A stretch of 64,000 bases of DNA from an uncultured Spirochaetota bacterium. GTDB taxonomy: Bacteria > Spirochaetota > Brevinematia > Brevinematales > JAOACQ01. Both the position numbers and the translations under genes were made by a program. The stretch lies in NCBI GenBank assembly GCA_963835575.1, contig CAWIGG010000004.1, forward strand, positions 864,001 to 928,000, given 5' to 3'. Position 1 is the first letter of the stretch. Each line of letters begins with the position of its first letter. The notes beneath the pieces were generated by a model that worked only from the letters and a program-made list of their open reading frames with translations, had not been told where the DNA came from and searched no databases. Positions 50,287 to 61,000 of the stretch are shown in pieces.

Positions 50287-50751
50287 TCAAAAATTATATG
50301 CCAGATGGAATTCCAAACCATCTTTTTGCGGTATTAAAAAAAGTCTCATGTTTTGTTTTTTTTGATTATTATTATACTCTAAAACCGCCGCTCCGCCCCA
50401 TATCATGCTTGCTATGCTGAAACCTAATGAACCGAAAACGCCGATATAGCCGAATGGCGATATTTTCGGGTCAGGGGATGTGGAAGATAAATCCCTGATA
50501 ATTTCAATCCAGGTGCAGACAGTGCAGATAGAGCCTCCGGTATTTAATATCCAGAAACCGGCATAATCTTCGGCGTATATATTTCCCCATCCGAATGTTC
50601 CCGGAATCAGAATACCTAGAGTGCTGACATAACCCAGAACAACTCCTTCTATCACGCTTTTTTGTCTGACTGGCGCCTGATCATTGGTCCCGCAAAAAAC
50701 TAAAGAACTGTAAAAAACTAAAACAGTAAGTATTACAATGCTTCTTTTCAT
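50287..50751 (-). CDS. Hypothetical secreted/membrane protein
   Basis: Signal peptide, Gly-rich hydrophobic segments, C-terminal LAYNF; gggga RBS. Confidence 0.7.
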   Translation of the reverse strand: MKRSIVILTVLVFYSSLVFCGTNDQAPVRQKSVIEGVVLGYVSTLGILIPGTFGWGNIYAEDYAGFWILNTGGSICTVCTWIEIIRDLSSTSPDPKISPFGYIGVFGSLGFSIASMIWGGAAVLEYNNNQKKQNMRLFLIPQKDGLEFHLAYNF

Positions 50752-50843
50752 ATAATCCCCTGTGCAATCATTTATAATATTCTCTAATATTCGTCTTTTT
50801 TAAAATAATTGAATGATTATTTTTAATAAAATTTATTCCATTC

Positions 50844-50872
50844 ATCTTAATAAAATCATATTTTACTGTCAA
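50844..50872 (-). promoter_or_regulatory. sigma70 promoter, repeated module copy 3
   Basis: TTGACA-gtaaaatatgattttat-TAAGAT. Confidence 0.7.
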
Positions 50873-50966
50873 GACAGGTTTTTTTTACATTTTGGACGGG
50901 CACAAGAAAGTGGACATAATCCCCGGCAATTGTTGCCTCCGGACAAAAGAAAGTGAACAAGTATCC

Positions 50967-52787
50967 TTATTTATCCCTTGTTTTATTCATAACCGCTCTT
51001 TTCTCCTGATTCAGTTCTATCTTTCTCATCCGGAATGTCTTTGGGGTCACTTCCACCAGTTCGTCTTCCGCTATGAATTCGATGGCCTGGTCGAGAGATA
51101 AAATCCTGGGCACTTTCAATACGATTGTCATATCGGATGTGGAGCTGCGCATGTTGGTCAGTTTTTTTTCCTTGGTGATATTGATGTCGAGGTCGCGGTC
51201 CTTGTTGCTCTCGCCGACGATCATCCCCTCGTAAACCTCTGTTCCGACATTAAGGAACAGTTCGCCGCGGTCCTCCATGGCAAGGTGCGCGTAGGAATGC
51301 GAAAACCCGGACCTGTCGGCGACAAGGACCCCGCTCGTCCTGTGCCTGAAATTTCCCGCCCATTCCTTATAACCTTCGAAAAGCGTGTTCATGACGCCGA
51401 GGCCGCGGGTGTCCGTCAGGAACTGGCTCCTGAACCCGATGATCCCCCTTGTCGAACAGACAAATTCCAGATTGACCCTTCCCGCCCCGGTGTGTTTTAT
51501 GGTTTCCATCCGGCCTTTTTTTTGTGCCATTTTCTCGGTAATGACGCCGACATATTCCTCGGGAATATCGAAGAATATTCTTTCATATGGTTCATGGATT
51601 TTCCCATCGATTTTCTTTGTGATGATGGTCGGCTTGGATACCATCAGCTCATAGCCTTCCCTCCTCATCGTCTCGATAAGTATCCCGAGCTGGAGCTCTC
51701 CCCTGCCGGAAACCTTGAAGGCGTCCGCCCTGTCGGTATCCTCGACCCGGATGGAGACATTCTTGAGCGACTCTTTCTGAAGCCTTGCCTTGATATGCCT
51801 TGTTGTCAGGTATTCCCCGTCCCTTCCGGCGAAAGGGCTCGAATTGACATAAAAAACCATGGACACCGTCGGCTCGTCCACCCGGATGCCCGGGAGAGGT
51901 TTCGGGTTTTCAATTGAGGTGATGGTGTCGCCGATATTGATATTTTCAACGCCGGAAACGGCTATGATATCGCCCGCCTCGACCTCATTCACCTGCTTTT
52001 TAGAGAGGCCATGGAAAGTAAAAAGATTTGAGAATTTTATATTGTTCGTGATAACATTATCGCTTACCAGGGCGTACGGCTTTGAGAGTTCGAGCTTTCC
52101 ATTGAACATCCTTCCAAGCGCCACCTGCCCGATATAAGAATCGTAATCGAGGTTTGTGACCAGGAATTGCGGTTCGAGGCTGTCGTCGCCTTCGGGGGCC
52201 GGGATATAATTAATAATTTCTTCGAATAGGAATTTAAGGTCTGTCGAACCGTCCCACGGTTTTTTATAAGCGACGCCTTCCCTGGCCACCGTATAAAGGA
52301 TCGGGAAGTTAATCTGCCGGTCATCGGCGCCCAGTTCGATAAAGAGGTCGTAAACCTCGTTGATGACCTCGTCGATCCTGGCGTCCTTCCTGTCGATCTT
52401 GTTAATGACAAGTATGACTACTATTTTCTTCGCTAGGGCTTTTCTCAGCACAAATCGGGTCTGCGGAAGCGGGCCCTCGCTCGCGTCGACAAGGAGAAGC
52501 GCCCCGTCGACCATATTGAGGCCTCTTTCCACCTCGCCCCCGAAGTCGGCATGGCCGGGCGTATCGATGATGTTGATCTTGATATTCTTATAATAAACGG
52601 CCGTATTTTTCGCGGCGATGGTGATGCCTCTTTCCCTTTCCAGGTCCATGGTGTCCATAACGCGTTCCACGACTTCCTGGCCTTCCCTGAAAACGCCGCT
52701 CTGCCGGAGCATGGCGTCCACCAGGGTGGTTTTGCCATGGTCCACGTGGGCGATGATGGCGATATTGCGGAATTTTTCTTTTCTCAC
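50967..52787 (-). CDS. typA: Translational GTPase TypA/BipA
   Basis: [47 protein letters not shown]. Confidence 0.97.
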   Translation of the reverse strand: MRKEKFRNIAIIAHVDHGKTTLVDAMLRQSGVFREGQEVVERVMDTMDLERERGITIAAKNTAVYYKNIKINIIDTPGHADFGGEVERGLNMVDGALLLVDASEGPLPQTRFVLRKALAKKIVVILVINKIDRKDARIDEVINEVYDLFIELGADDRQINFPILYTVAREGVAYKKPWDGSTDLKFLFEEIINYIPAPEGDDSLEPQFLVTNLDYDSYIGQVALGRMFNGKLELSKPYALVSDNVITNNIKFSNLFTFHGLSKKQVNEVEAGDIIAVSGVENINIGDTITSIENPKPLPGIRVDEPTVSMVFYVNSSPFAGRDGEYLTTRHIKARLQKESLKNVSIRVEDTDRADAFKVSGRGELQLGILIETMRREGYELMVSKPTIITKKIDGKIHEPYERIFFDIPEEYVGVITEKMAQKKGRMETIKHTGAGRVNLEFVCSTRGIIGFRSQFLTDTRGLGVMNTLFEGYKEWAGNFRHRTSGVLVADRSGFSHSYAHLAMEDRGELFLNVGTEVYEGMIVGESNKDRDLDINITKEKKLTNMRSSTSDMTIVLKVPRILSLDQAIEFIAEDELVEVTPKTFRMRKIELNQEKRAVMNKTRDK

Positions 52788-52984
52788 AGGATTGACTCCT
52801 TGTTATTTTTACACAGGCAATTTGGAAATGATTTAATAAAAGCCTTTTCTAATAAGAAATTCTGTTGATTTAAGGTAAAAAGCAGACAGGAAAATTGAAC
52901 AGAAAGGATTATTTAAAAAACCATACCCCAATAGTTTAGCTTAAAACCCCGGATTATGCAAAAAAGCGGATGAGGCTATTTTTC

Positions 52985-53014
52985 TACCACTTCTCGTTCT
53001 TATAAATCAGCAAC
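52985..53014 (-). repeat. Duplicate of the folE 3' end (att-like direct repeat)
   Basis: taccacttctcgttcttataaatcagcaac versus taccaattctcgttcttataaatcagcgac at 63464-63493 (28/30). Confidence 0.8.
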
Positions 53015-53068
53015 GTCGCGTTAAGAATGAAATTGCCTAGCTGCTTTTGTTATGTTTTTGACAACTTA

Positions 53069-56000
53069 TTACCATGCAATTGCATTCTTGCCAACTTTTT
53101 TGGCTCTGTACATGTTTTTGTCAGCTCTTTCAATAAGCTCGATCCTATTCTCATTTTCAATAAACTCGGCAATCCCGATACTGACAGTTACATTAAGCTT
53201 CTTTTTAATTGTACTTTTCAAGTGTTCAACCGAATTTTCTTCTATGGAGTTTTTGATTTTTTCCGCCACGATTTTTGCATCTTCCACTTTGGTTTCAGTC
53301 AGTACCGCAACGAACTCTTCTCCGCCGTATCTGGCGACCAGGTCGCTATTCCTCAGTGAATTATTTATCATTTGGGCAACGCTTTTAAGGACTTTGTCTC
53401 CTGTCTGATGGCCGTATTTATCGTTAAATTGTTTAAAATTGTCGATATCTATCATCAACAAACAGAGATTTCTTTTATATCTCTTGGCATTGGACAGGCA
53501 CTTCATTAAATAATTATCAAAAAAGGTTCTGTTGTAGATGCCGGTAAGCCCGTCAGTAACAGCGCGTTTATAAAGCTCGGCATTCTCGATGGAGATGGCC
53601 GCCTGCGACGAAAGAATTTGAAGCAATTCCAGCCGTTCGGGTGTAAAAGCGTTGGTTGTGAGATTGTTTTCTAGGTAAATAATGCCGGTCACTTCCCCTT
53701 TGTGGATTATCGGGGTGCAAAGTATTGATTTGGGTTTATGTTCGATGATGTATTTGTCCTGAGTAAAGGCCCCTTCGCTAGTTGCATCATTCAATATCAC
53801 AGGCTGTTTTGTTTTGCTGACATAATTCACTATTGCAACCGATAAGTTTACAGAATTATCCACAGGAATTGACTTTAATACTATAATCTCTTTTTCATTG
53901 CTGTTCTCAGCTTCGATGTAGAGTTTGTTGTCTTCTTCTTTCTTTAATATCATGAATCCCTTCTGGGCACCGGCATTTTCAATCGAGAGCTTCATAATGA
54001 TTTCAAGAAGACTTCCCAGGTTGATTTCACTAGATATGGCAAGAGAAGTTTTGATGATGGTGGAAATATCCAGAGCCTGCATTCCCTTTACCCTCGATAA
54101 TGAGGTAAGGCCGGTTGAATCCGGGGCTGGTTTGGCATCATAAGTTATCACATTGCCGAGAAGCTCTGGATATTTCGTTTCCAGTTGTCTTATTTTGGAT
54201 AAAGCACCCCATTTTGCATAGCAGCTGTGTGCCTTAATCATATATTGCTTCGTGCTCTCAATGTTTTTCATTTTTTTCATTAAAAGAGCCGCCCGTTCAC
54301 TGGCAATACCTTCATTTTGAGTATACCCGTTTTCGTTTGCGGATTTGATGGCCTCATCGTAAAAGTTTTTTGCCTTTTTAAACTGGTGATTGATTAAGGC
54401 CATTTCGGCTTCTACCAATAAATACTTATGGAGAAAGTTCTCAGGGCAATTTTTTGCCCAAAGTTTCATCCGCTTTTGGTTCAGTCTGATGATGCGCTTA
54501 TATTTCCTGCGGCCCAACCATTTTGCCTCCGGGTACAGGGCCGCCATGGCCAGCGAAGAATAAAAATTCGCCTCGGTAATGTGAAGATACCCCCTGGCGA
54601 CCTCCCGTCTGACCACCAGGTCATATAATTCCGCCGAGATTGAGACGCAATTATCGTACTCCCCGAAGAGGTAATAGACCCTTATTTTGATAAGCAGTAA
54701 AAAAAAGATACCAAGGAAAAGTCCGGATTTCCGGTAATTCCGCATAACATCCTCTTCATCGAAGTCCGCAGTGTTCAGATGACCTGGTGTGTCGGTAAGG
54801 CCTTTAAGGCAAAGGAGCATCTGGGCATTTATCCGGTAATTCAGTGCAACAAAGGGATCTTTACTTCCCAGTTGAAAACTTTTGTACTTTTCGTTTTCTT
54901 CCATAATATCATCTATGCCATCCCCCAATATGATGCGGGTGGCGCAGAGAACATTTACCGCATGATGGGCAAAAATAACATTTCCCACTTCCAGGCAATT
55001 TTTATATCCCTCCCGAATGAGATCAAGATCGTATTTTGCATGCTTTGTCCAGTGCTGAACAAAAGCCGCAAATGACCAGATGGTAAGACCAATGCTTTTC
55101 TTGCTGTCCAGCTTTTCATTGACCTTCATGCCTGTGACGGCGAATCTGTATCCCTGCTGATAAAAGCCGAGTCCCGCTCCAAGAATGGAGCCGAAAGTGC
55201 TTAAAGTAAGTCCCGAATACTCATAATTCCCATGATTCAGGATTTTAGATACTCCCTCAATTATGACATACGACCAGATATTGGTGTCATAATAGTAGGC
55301 AACGGTGCCTGTATTGATCGCCAATAAGTGCCATATGACATTTTTCGGATCTGTTGCCGGAGGCAGATCAATGATATCTTCAATTTTTATTTTTGATTTT
55401 TTGAATTGGAAATACAGCCTTATTAGTTTTGAAACTATCATACCCTTGGTGACATGCTCAGGTATTTCGCTTCCGATCATCCGCATGGCCTCGATACCCA
55501 GTGCGAGTGATTCTTTATACTTAGCCATACTGCCGTAGAGTAGGATCATTAAAATATAGCCTCTGGTTTTTTCATTATCGGTTTTCGCATTCTTCATGAT
55601 CTCCTTGAATATTTTTTCTGCTTCGGTAAAATTAAGAGTCAGGTATTCGCATTCCATTCTTTCCATTGAAAGTTCGTAGGCAAGGTCATAATGTTTTATC
55701 CAGCAGTCATGGGGAAGAAGGGCATCGGCAGTCCTGGCATAGACGGCAGCGGACGCGTATGCAGTCGAATTTTTAGCTTTTTTGCATGCCAGGAAATTCA
55801 GGCGCGCAAGTCTTATCTTTTCTTTAGCTCTTGATATAAGCGATATCCCCCTGTTGAGATGCCCGACAATATAGAATATTTTATCGAATAGCTTTTTCCC
55901 TTCGGTTTTTTTGAGCGTCATATTGCCGATTTTATAATGCATTACCGTTTTTTCATGATCCGGAATGAGTGAGTAAGCCGCTTCCCGGATTCGGTCGTGA

Positions 56001-57994
56001 TGAAATTTGTATGTGTCCCCATCAAGGCTGACCAGACCTTTTTCGATCGTCTCCGTGAGATCGGCAAGAGTTTCTTCAATGGGCTTCTCGGAAACAATGG
56101 ACAATGTTTCAAGATCAAATCTGTTTCCTATGCATGAACATATCTTGATCAAATTCAGGGATTTTTCCCGTAGAGTGGAAATTATATCCGCCATGAATAC
56201 GACAATATTGTCCGGGATCTGCATCTGTTCGATCAGGTTAAGATCCCATTTCCACCCGGTTTTAGGGTCGAACTTGAAAATATCTTTATTGTAGAGGTTC
56301 TTGAAAAATTGAATGACAAAAAAGGGATTTCCCGCGGTCTTTTTGTAGACAATCTCTGTCAGGGCCATCGATTCACCGGCTTCGCACCGGAGCGTGTTCA
56401 TCAGCATAATATTGACTTGGTTTATATCGAGAGGAGCGAGCTCTATGCTGTTTATAGCTTTGCCTCTTTTCCGGATTTCGTCCAGCGTGAGCGTCAGCGG
56501 ATGATACAGACTTACCTCGTTGTTCCTGCATGCCCCGATTAATAACAAATACTTTGTACCGTTGCCGGCCATTATGTTTTTTAAAAAATTCAGGCTTGCA
56601 AGGTCTGCCCACTGGAGATCGTCTAAAAAGAGGACCAGGGGATGTTCTTTCGCGGAAAAAATCCCGATAAGGTTTTGAAAAACCAGGTTAAATCTGTTCT
56701 GAGTCTCCTCCGGACCGAGTATCGGCACTTCCTTCTGTTTTCCGATAACCAGCTCCATTTCAGGAAAGATTTCAGTAATAATCTTACCGTTAGAACCGAT
56801 GGCGGAAAGAATCTTATCCTTCCACAGGTTGATTTTCTCATTGCTTTCGGTGAGTATCTGCCTGACAAGGCTTTGAAAAGCCTGGATAATGGAGCTGTAA
56901 GGGACATCCTTTCTGAACTGGTCAAATTTCCCGAAAATGAAATAACCCCTCTTTAAAACAATAGGTTTATATAATTCATTCACGAAAGCAGTTTTGCCGA
57001 TTCCAGGCATTCCTGACACAATTACGATCTCACTTGTGCCTCTGCTAATCCGCTCGAATGATTGCAGCAGAGCATCAAGTTCCTTTTCCCGGCCTATGAT
57101 AATCGGGGGAATATTAATTTCAACTGGAATATCCTTTGTAGCAATGGCAAATTCCTCTATTTTATCTTTTTGTCCAATCTGATTCAGGCAACTAATCATA
57201 TCTGCCATTAAGCCCTGACAGTTTTGATATCTTTCCTCAGGGTTCTTTGCCAGCAGTTTCATGATAATACTGGAAATGACCCTGGGGATGGATGGATTAA
57301 GCTTGTCCGGCTGGATTGGCTGGCGTGCAATATGCGAATGAATCAACTCCATAGGATCCTTTGCTTCAAATGGGCGTGTGCCGGTGAGCATTTCATAAAA
57401 AGTTATACCCAGAGAATAAATATCTGTACGGTAATCAACACTCCGGTTCATTCTGCCTGTCTGCTCAGGGGACACATAGGGAAGTATTTCTTCGATGACT
57501 ATCGGGTCATAGAGCTCATCATTTGCATGCGTCAGAACTGTTGATATGCCGAAATTTGTTATTTTGACCTTTTTCTGCTTCAGGTTGATTAAAATATTAT
57601 CTGGTCTGATATCCATATGTATGACATGATTTCTATGAAGCATGCTGAGGCTTTCTGAAAGCTGTAATCCGATTTGTAAAAACAATTCTAAATCAATCTT
57701 CTCCTTCTTTAAAATTTCTTTCAGAGGAATGCCGTTAAAGTTTTCCTCCACGATGGCATAATTGTTTTTATGTTCAATCAGATCAAGGGATTTTACAACA
57801 CCTTCAGCATCGATTCTTTTGATAAGATTATATTCCTGTTTGAATCTTACGATTTCTGATAATGAGGGATTCTTAGCTTTTAATACTTTTACGATGACGG
57901 TCCGAGGCTCGTTTTCTTTTTGTCCACTGTAAACTATGAAGTTCCTCATTTCATGTAATTTTTCCTTCAGGATGTAATTTGCAAACCGTTCCAT
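53069..57994 (-). CDS. Kinase-like/AAA ATPase/GAF/GGDEF diguanylate cyclase
   Basis: HMDIRPDN..NFG kinase-like domain, GMPGIGKT, LDDLQWAD, GNPFF, GAF, DGLTG..DIDNFK..RNSD..GGEEF. Confidence 0.92.
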   Translation of the reverse strand: MERFANYILKEKLHEMRNFIVYSGQKENEPRTVIVKVLKAKNPSLSEIVRFKQEYNLIKRIDAEGVVKSLDLIEHKNNYAIVEENFNGIPLKEILKKEKIDLELFLQIGLQLSESLSMLHRNHVIHMDIRPDNILINLKQKKVKITNFGISTVLTHANDELYDPIVIEEILPYVSPEQTGRMNRSVDYRTDIYSLGITFYEMLTGTRPFEAKDPMELIHSHIARQPIQPDKLNPSIPRVISSIIMKLLAKNPEERYQNCQGLMADMISCLNQIGQKDKIEEFAIATKDIPVEINIPPIIIGREKELDALLQSFERISRGTSEIVIVSGMPGIGKTAFVNELYKPIVLKRGYFIFGKFDQFRKDVPYSSIIQAFQSLVRQILTESNEKINLWKDKILSAIGSNGKIITEIFPEMELVIGKQKEVPILGPEETQNRFNLVFQNLIGIFSAKEHPLVLFLDDLQWADLASLNFLKNIMAGNGTKYLLLIGACRNNEVSLYHPLTLTLDEIRKRGKAINSIELAPLDINQVNIMLMNTLRCEAGESMALTEIVYKKTAGNPFFVIQFFKNLYNKDIFKFDPKTGWKWDLNLIEQMQIPDNIVVFMADIISTLREKSLNLIKICSCIGNRFDLETLSIVSEKPIEETLADLTETIEKGLVSLDGDTYKFHHDRIREAAYSLIPDHEKTVMHYKIGNMTLKKTEGKKLFDKIFYIVGHLNRGISLISRAKEKIRLARLNFLACKKAKNSTAYASAAVYARTADALLPHDCWIKHYDLAYELSMERMECEYLTLNFTEAEKIFKEIMKNAKTDNEKTRGYILMILLYGSMAKYKESLALGIEAMRMIGSEIPEHVTKGMIVSKLIRLYFQFKKSKIKIEDIIDLPPATDPKNVIWHLLAINTGTVAYYYDTNIWSYVIIEGVSKILNHGNYEYSGLTLSTFGSILGAGLGFYQQGYRFAVTGMKVNEKLDSKKSIGLTIWSFAAFVQHWTKHAKYDLDLIREGYKNCLEVGNVIFAHHAVNVLCATRIILGDGIDDIMEENEKYKSFQLGSKDPFVALNYRINAQMLLCLKGLTDTPGHLNTADFDEEDVMRNYRKSGLFLGIFFLLLIKIRVYYLFGEYDNCVSISAELYDLVVRREVARGYLHITEANFYSSLAMAALYPEAKWLGRRKYKRIIRLNQKRMKLWAKNCPENFLHKYLLVEAEMALINHQFKKAKNFYDEAIKSANENGYTQNEGIASERAALLMKKMKNIESTKQYMIKAHSCYAKWGALSKIRQLETKYPELLGNVITYDAKPAPDSTGLTSLSRVKGMQALDISTIIKTSLAISSEINLGSLLEIIMKLSIENAGAQKGFMILKKEEDNKLYIEAENSNEKEIIVLKSIPVDNSVNLSVAIVNYVSKTKQPVILNDATSEGAFTQDKYIIEHKPKSILCTPIIHKGEVTGIIYLENNLTTNAFTPERLELLQILSSQAAISIENAELYKRAVTDGLTGIYNRTFFDNYLMKCLSNAKRYKRNLCLLMIDIDNFKQFNDKYGHQTGDKVLKSVAQMINNSLRNSDLVARYGGEEFVAVLTETKVEDAKIVAEKIKNSIEENSVEHLKSTIKKKLNVTVSIGIAEFIENENRIELIERADKNMYRAKKVGKNAIAW

Positions 57995-58042
57995 TATTTG
58001 AAACCTCTGCTGGAGATGAATTATCCTTTTACTATATCACCA

Positions 58043-61000
58043 CTACATCTTTTTTAATATAACAAGGGACACATCATCGTTCTTTTTATATCCCTGAAGA
58101 TCTTCCAGAATTTTATCTTTGATGTCATTTGGTCTCAGTCTTCCGGAATTCTTCAGGATTTCAGCCAATTTCTCCTCTGAGAACATCACTCCTTCCTTGT
58201 TCCTTGCTTCGGTGATGCCGTCGGTGAACAGGAGAAGGATGTCCCCCGGATTCAGGTTGAGTTCACAGTCGATATTCTGCTGATTCATGTCCCAGGGTGA
58301 GAGCCATATCCCTTCGGACGGCGTTGTTTCCACAGTGCCGCTTGATGAGCGGTAAACGATAATGTCCTGATGCAGACCTGAATACACGGCCTTTCCGTCT
58401 TTTCCGATGGAGAAGGCTGTTATTGTCATATATTTGTCTTCATTCATTTTATTCATATTGTATTTTATAGCCTCGTTCACCGTGGATAATAAATCAGACG
58501 GCTTTAAATCGGGATATTTTCTGACAAGCGCCTGTATTGTGGTCTGGACCATCATCATAACAAGACCTGCCGGAACCCCATGACCGGAAACATCCCCGAT
58601 AATGACCCAGCTTTTGCTTCCGCTGTTAATGACGTCATAATAATCCCCGCCGACATCGCTGGTGGGTTTCATGTACACGGTGATATCGAACCCTTCAATC
58701 GAGGGGCTGTCCGGGAGCAAAGCGGATTGAATAGTGGCGGCGATTTTCATCTCTGTTTCCAGCTTTGCCGCGTTTTCCCTGAGTGCGACAAGCCGGGAGT
58801 TTTCTATCGAAATGGCGGCCTGGGTGGAAAGGATCTGCAGCAGTTCCAGGCGTTCGGGAGTAAACGCATGCGTGGTCAGATTATTCTCCAGATAAAGAAT
58901 GCCCGCCGTGATTCCCTTGTACCTGATGGGCGTACAGAGGATCGATTTAGGATGGTTTTTATTTATGTAGGGATCGTTTATGAACTGTTCATCACCGGAC
59001 GCATCGCTCAACACTATGTTCTCTCCGGTTTTATTGACGTAATTGACAATCGATACCGAAAACGAGCTATTGCCTTCAACGGGTACCGATTGTAAAACCT
59101 CGGCCGCTTCTTCGATCCTGCCGGCCGCTTCAATATAGAGCTTATTATCCGACTTATTTTCCAATATCAGAAAACCGCGCTGCGCGCCGGCATTTTCAAT
59201 GGAAAGCTTCATGATATTCATCAGAAGCTTTCCCAGGTCAATTTCACCGGATAATGACTGCGATGTTTTTATGACCGTTGTCAAGTCGAGGGAACGGGAC
59301 CCTGATGAAGAAGATCCTGAGTTTGATCCGGTATCGGCTACAGAGGCTAGACTGGAAGTATTCCTCATGATATTGCTGATGAGCTCCGGATATTTCTCCT
59401 CAATATCCTTTAACTTGGCTTCGGCTCCCCATCTCTTATAGCAATAGTGCGCTTCTTTCATATAATTTCCTGCCCTTTCTAAATTAAGCGTTCTTAACAT
59501 AAGAAGCGCGGCCCGTTCATAAGCGATCGCCTCATTCTGCTTATAGCCGTTCTCATGGGCCGATTTGATGGCCTGATCGTAAAGGCTTAAGGACAGTTTA
59601 AGGTTCCCTTTCAATTGCGCCAGTTCCGCCTCGATGATAAGATATTTGTGAAGGAAATTTTCATGGCAGTTATCAGCCCAGATCTTCATTTTTTTCTGAT
59701 TGTTTTTGATGATTTTTTCATATTTCTTTTTCTCTCCGTCCCCGGCATCCGGGTATAAAGATGTCAGTACCAATGAAGAATAAAAATTGGCTTCGGCGAT
59801 GTGAAGATTGCCGATGGCAATTTTCTTTTCAGCCAGCTGATCCAATTCAAAGACAAACGGCAGACATTCCGAGTGCTTCCCAAAAAGATAACGGGCGCTG
59901 ATCAGAGCCAGGGATAAATAATAGACGCCGAGCAGGTTCTTTTCCTCCCTGTAATATTGTATCTGCTTTTCCTCGTCAAATTCTCCGGAGTTCAATCTGC
60001 CCCTCTCATCCGTAAGGCCTTTCAGGCACAGGCATTGCTGTGTTTTTTCAATATAGGCATGCGCGACGAACGGGTCTTTGCTGCCCATGAGAAAATCCTT
60101 ATATTTCCCGTATTCTTCCAGAATTTCATCGATGTTGTCTCCCAGCATAAGGCGGGTCATGATGAGAAGGTTGATGGCATGCCCGCTGTAAAGCAGATCG
60201 CCTTCTTCCAGGCCATGCTTGTAAGCTTCCCTGTAGTAATCAAGGTCGTATTTCGCATGTCCCTTCCAGTGCTGGATCATCATGGCAAATGCCAATTCTA
60301 TCCGGCATCTGTTTCTTACGCTCGCGATCTTTTCCTTCAGCTTTAAGGCCGTTTCGCCGAACCGGTAGCCCTGGTCATAAAGACCGATCCCGGATCCGAT
60401 AATGGAGCCCAGGGCGCTCAAAGTAAAGGGGGATGACTCATAATTCCCGTATTTGAGTACATTGATCGCGCCTCCGATGACGGAATAACTGTATAAATTG
60501 GCATCGATAAAATAGAGCACCAGATTTATGCTGTTCCGTAAAAAGTGATACGCCAGAATTTCCGGATCTGTTGTCAATGGAATATTGATAATATCTTCTA
60601 TCTTTCTCCTGCCGAGCGTAAAATAAAGCCTGAGCAATTGCATCAGTATCATCCCGTTGCTTGCTTTCTTCGGCAGCTTGATGCCGATCATTTTCAGGCC
60701 TTCATAGCCCACTTTGAGCGCCTCCATGTAATTTCCCTGGCTGGTATAGAGTATGACCATGGTATTATAGGCGTTTGCCTTGTCGACATTGGAATTTGCA
60801 TTATCAATGATTGTTTGAAATATTCTTTCCGCTTCATTGAAAACATGTGTCAGATATTCGCATTCCATTCTTTCCATATGCAGGGAATAGGCCAGCTGAT
60901 AATGGTTCTCCCAGCCGTCATCCGGAAGAAGTTCAATGCCCGTTTTCAAATAAGCGGCGGCGGAAGCATAAGCCGTTGAATTTTTTGCCTTTTTGCCGGC

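Noticed and set aside
38896..50751. Prophage or autonomous transposon
   Set aside because: No integrase, transposase, structural or replication genes.
52800..52980. Riboswitch in the typA leader
   Set aside because: No recognisable aptamer consensus; only weak hairpins.
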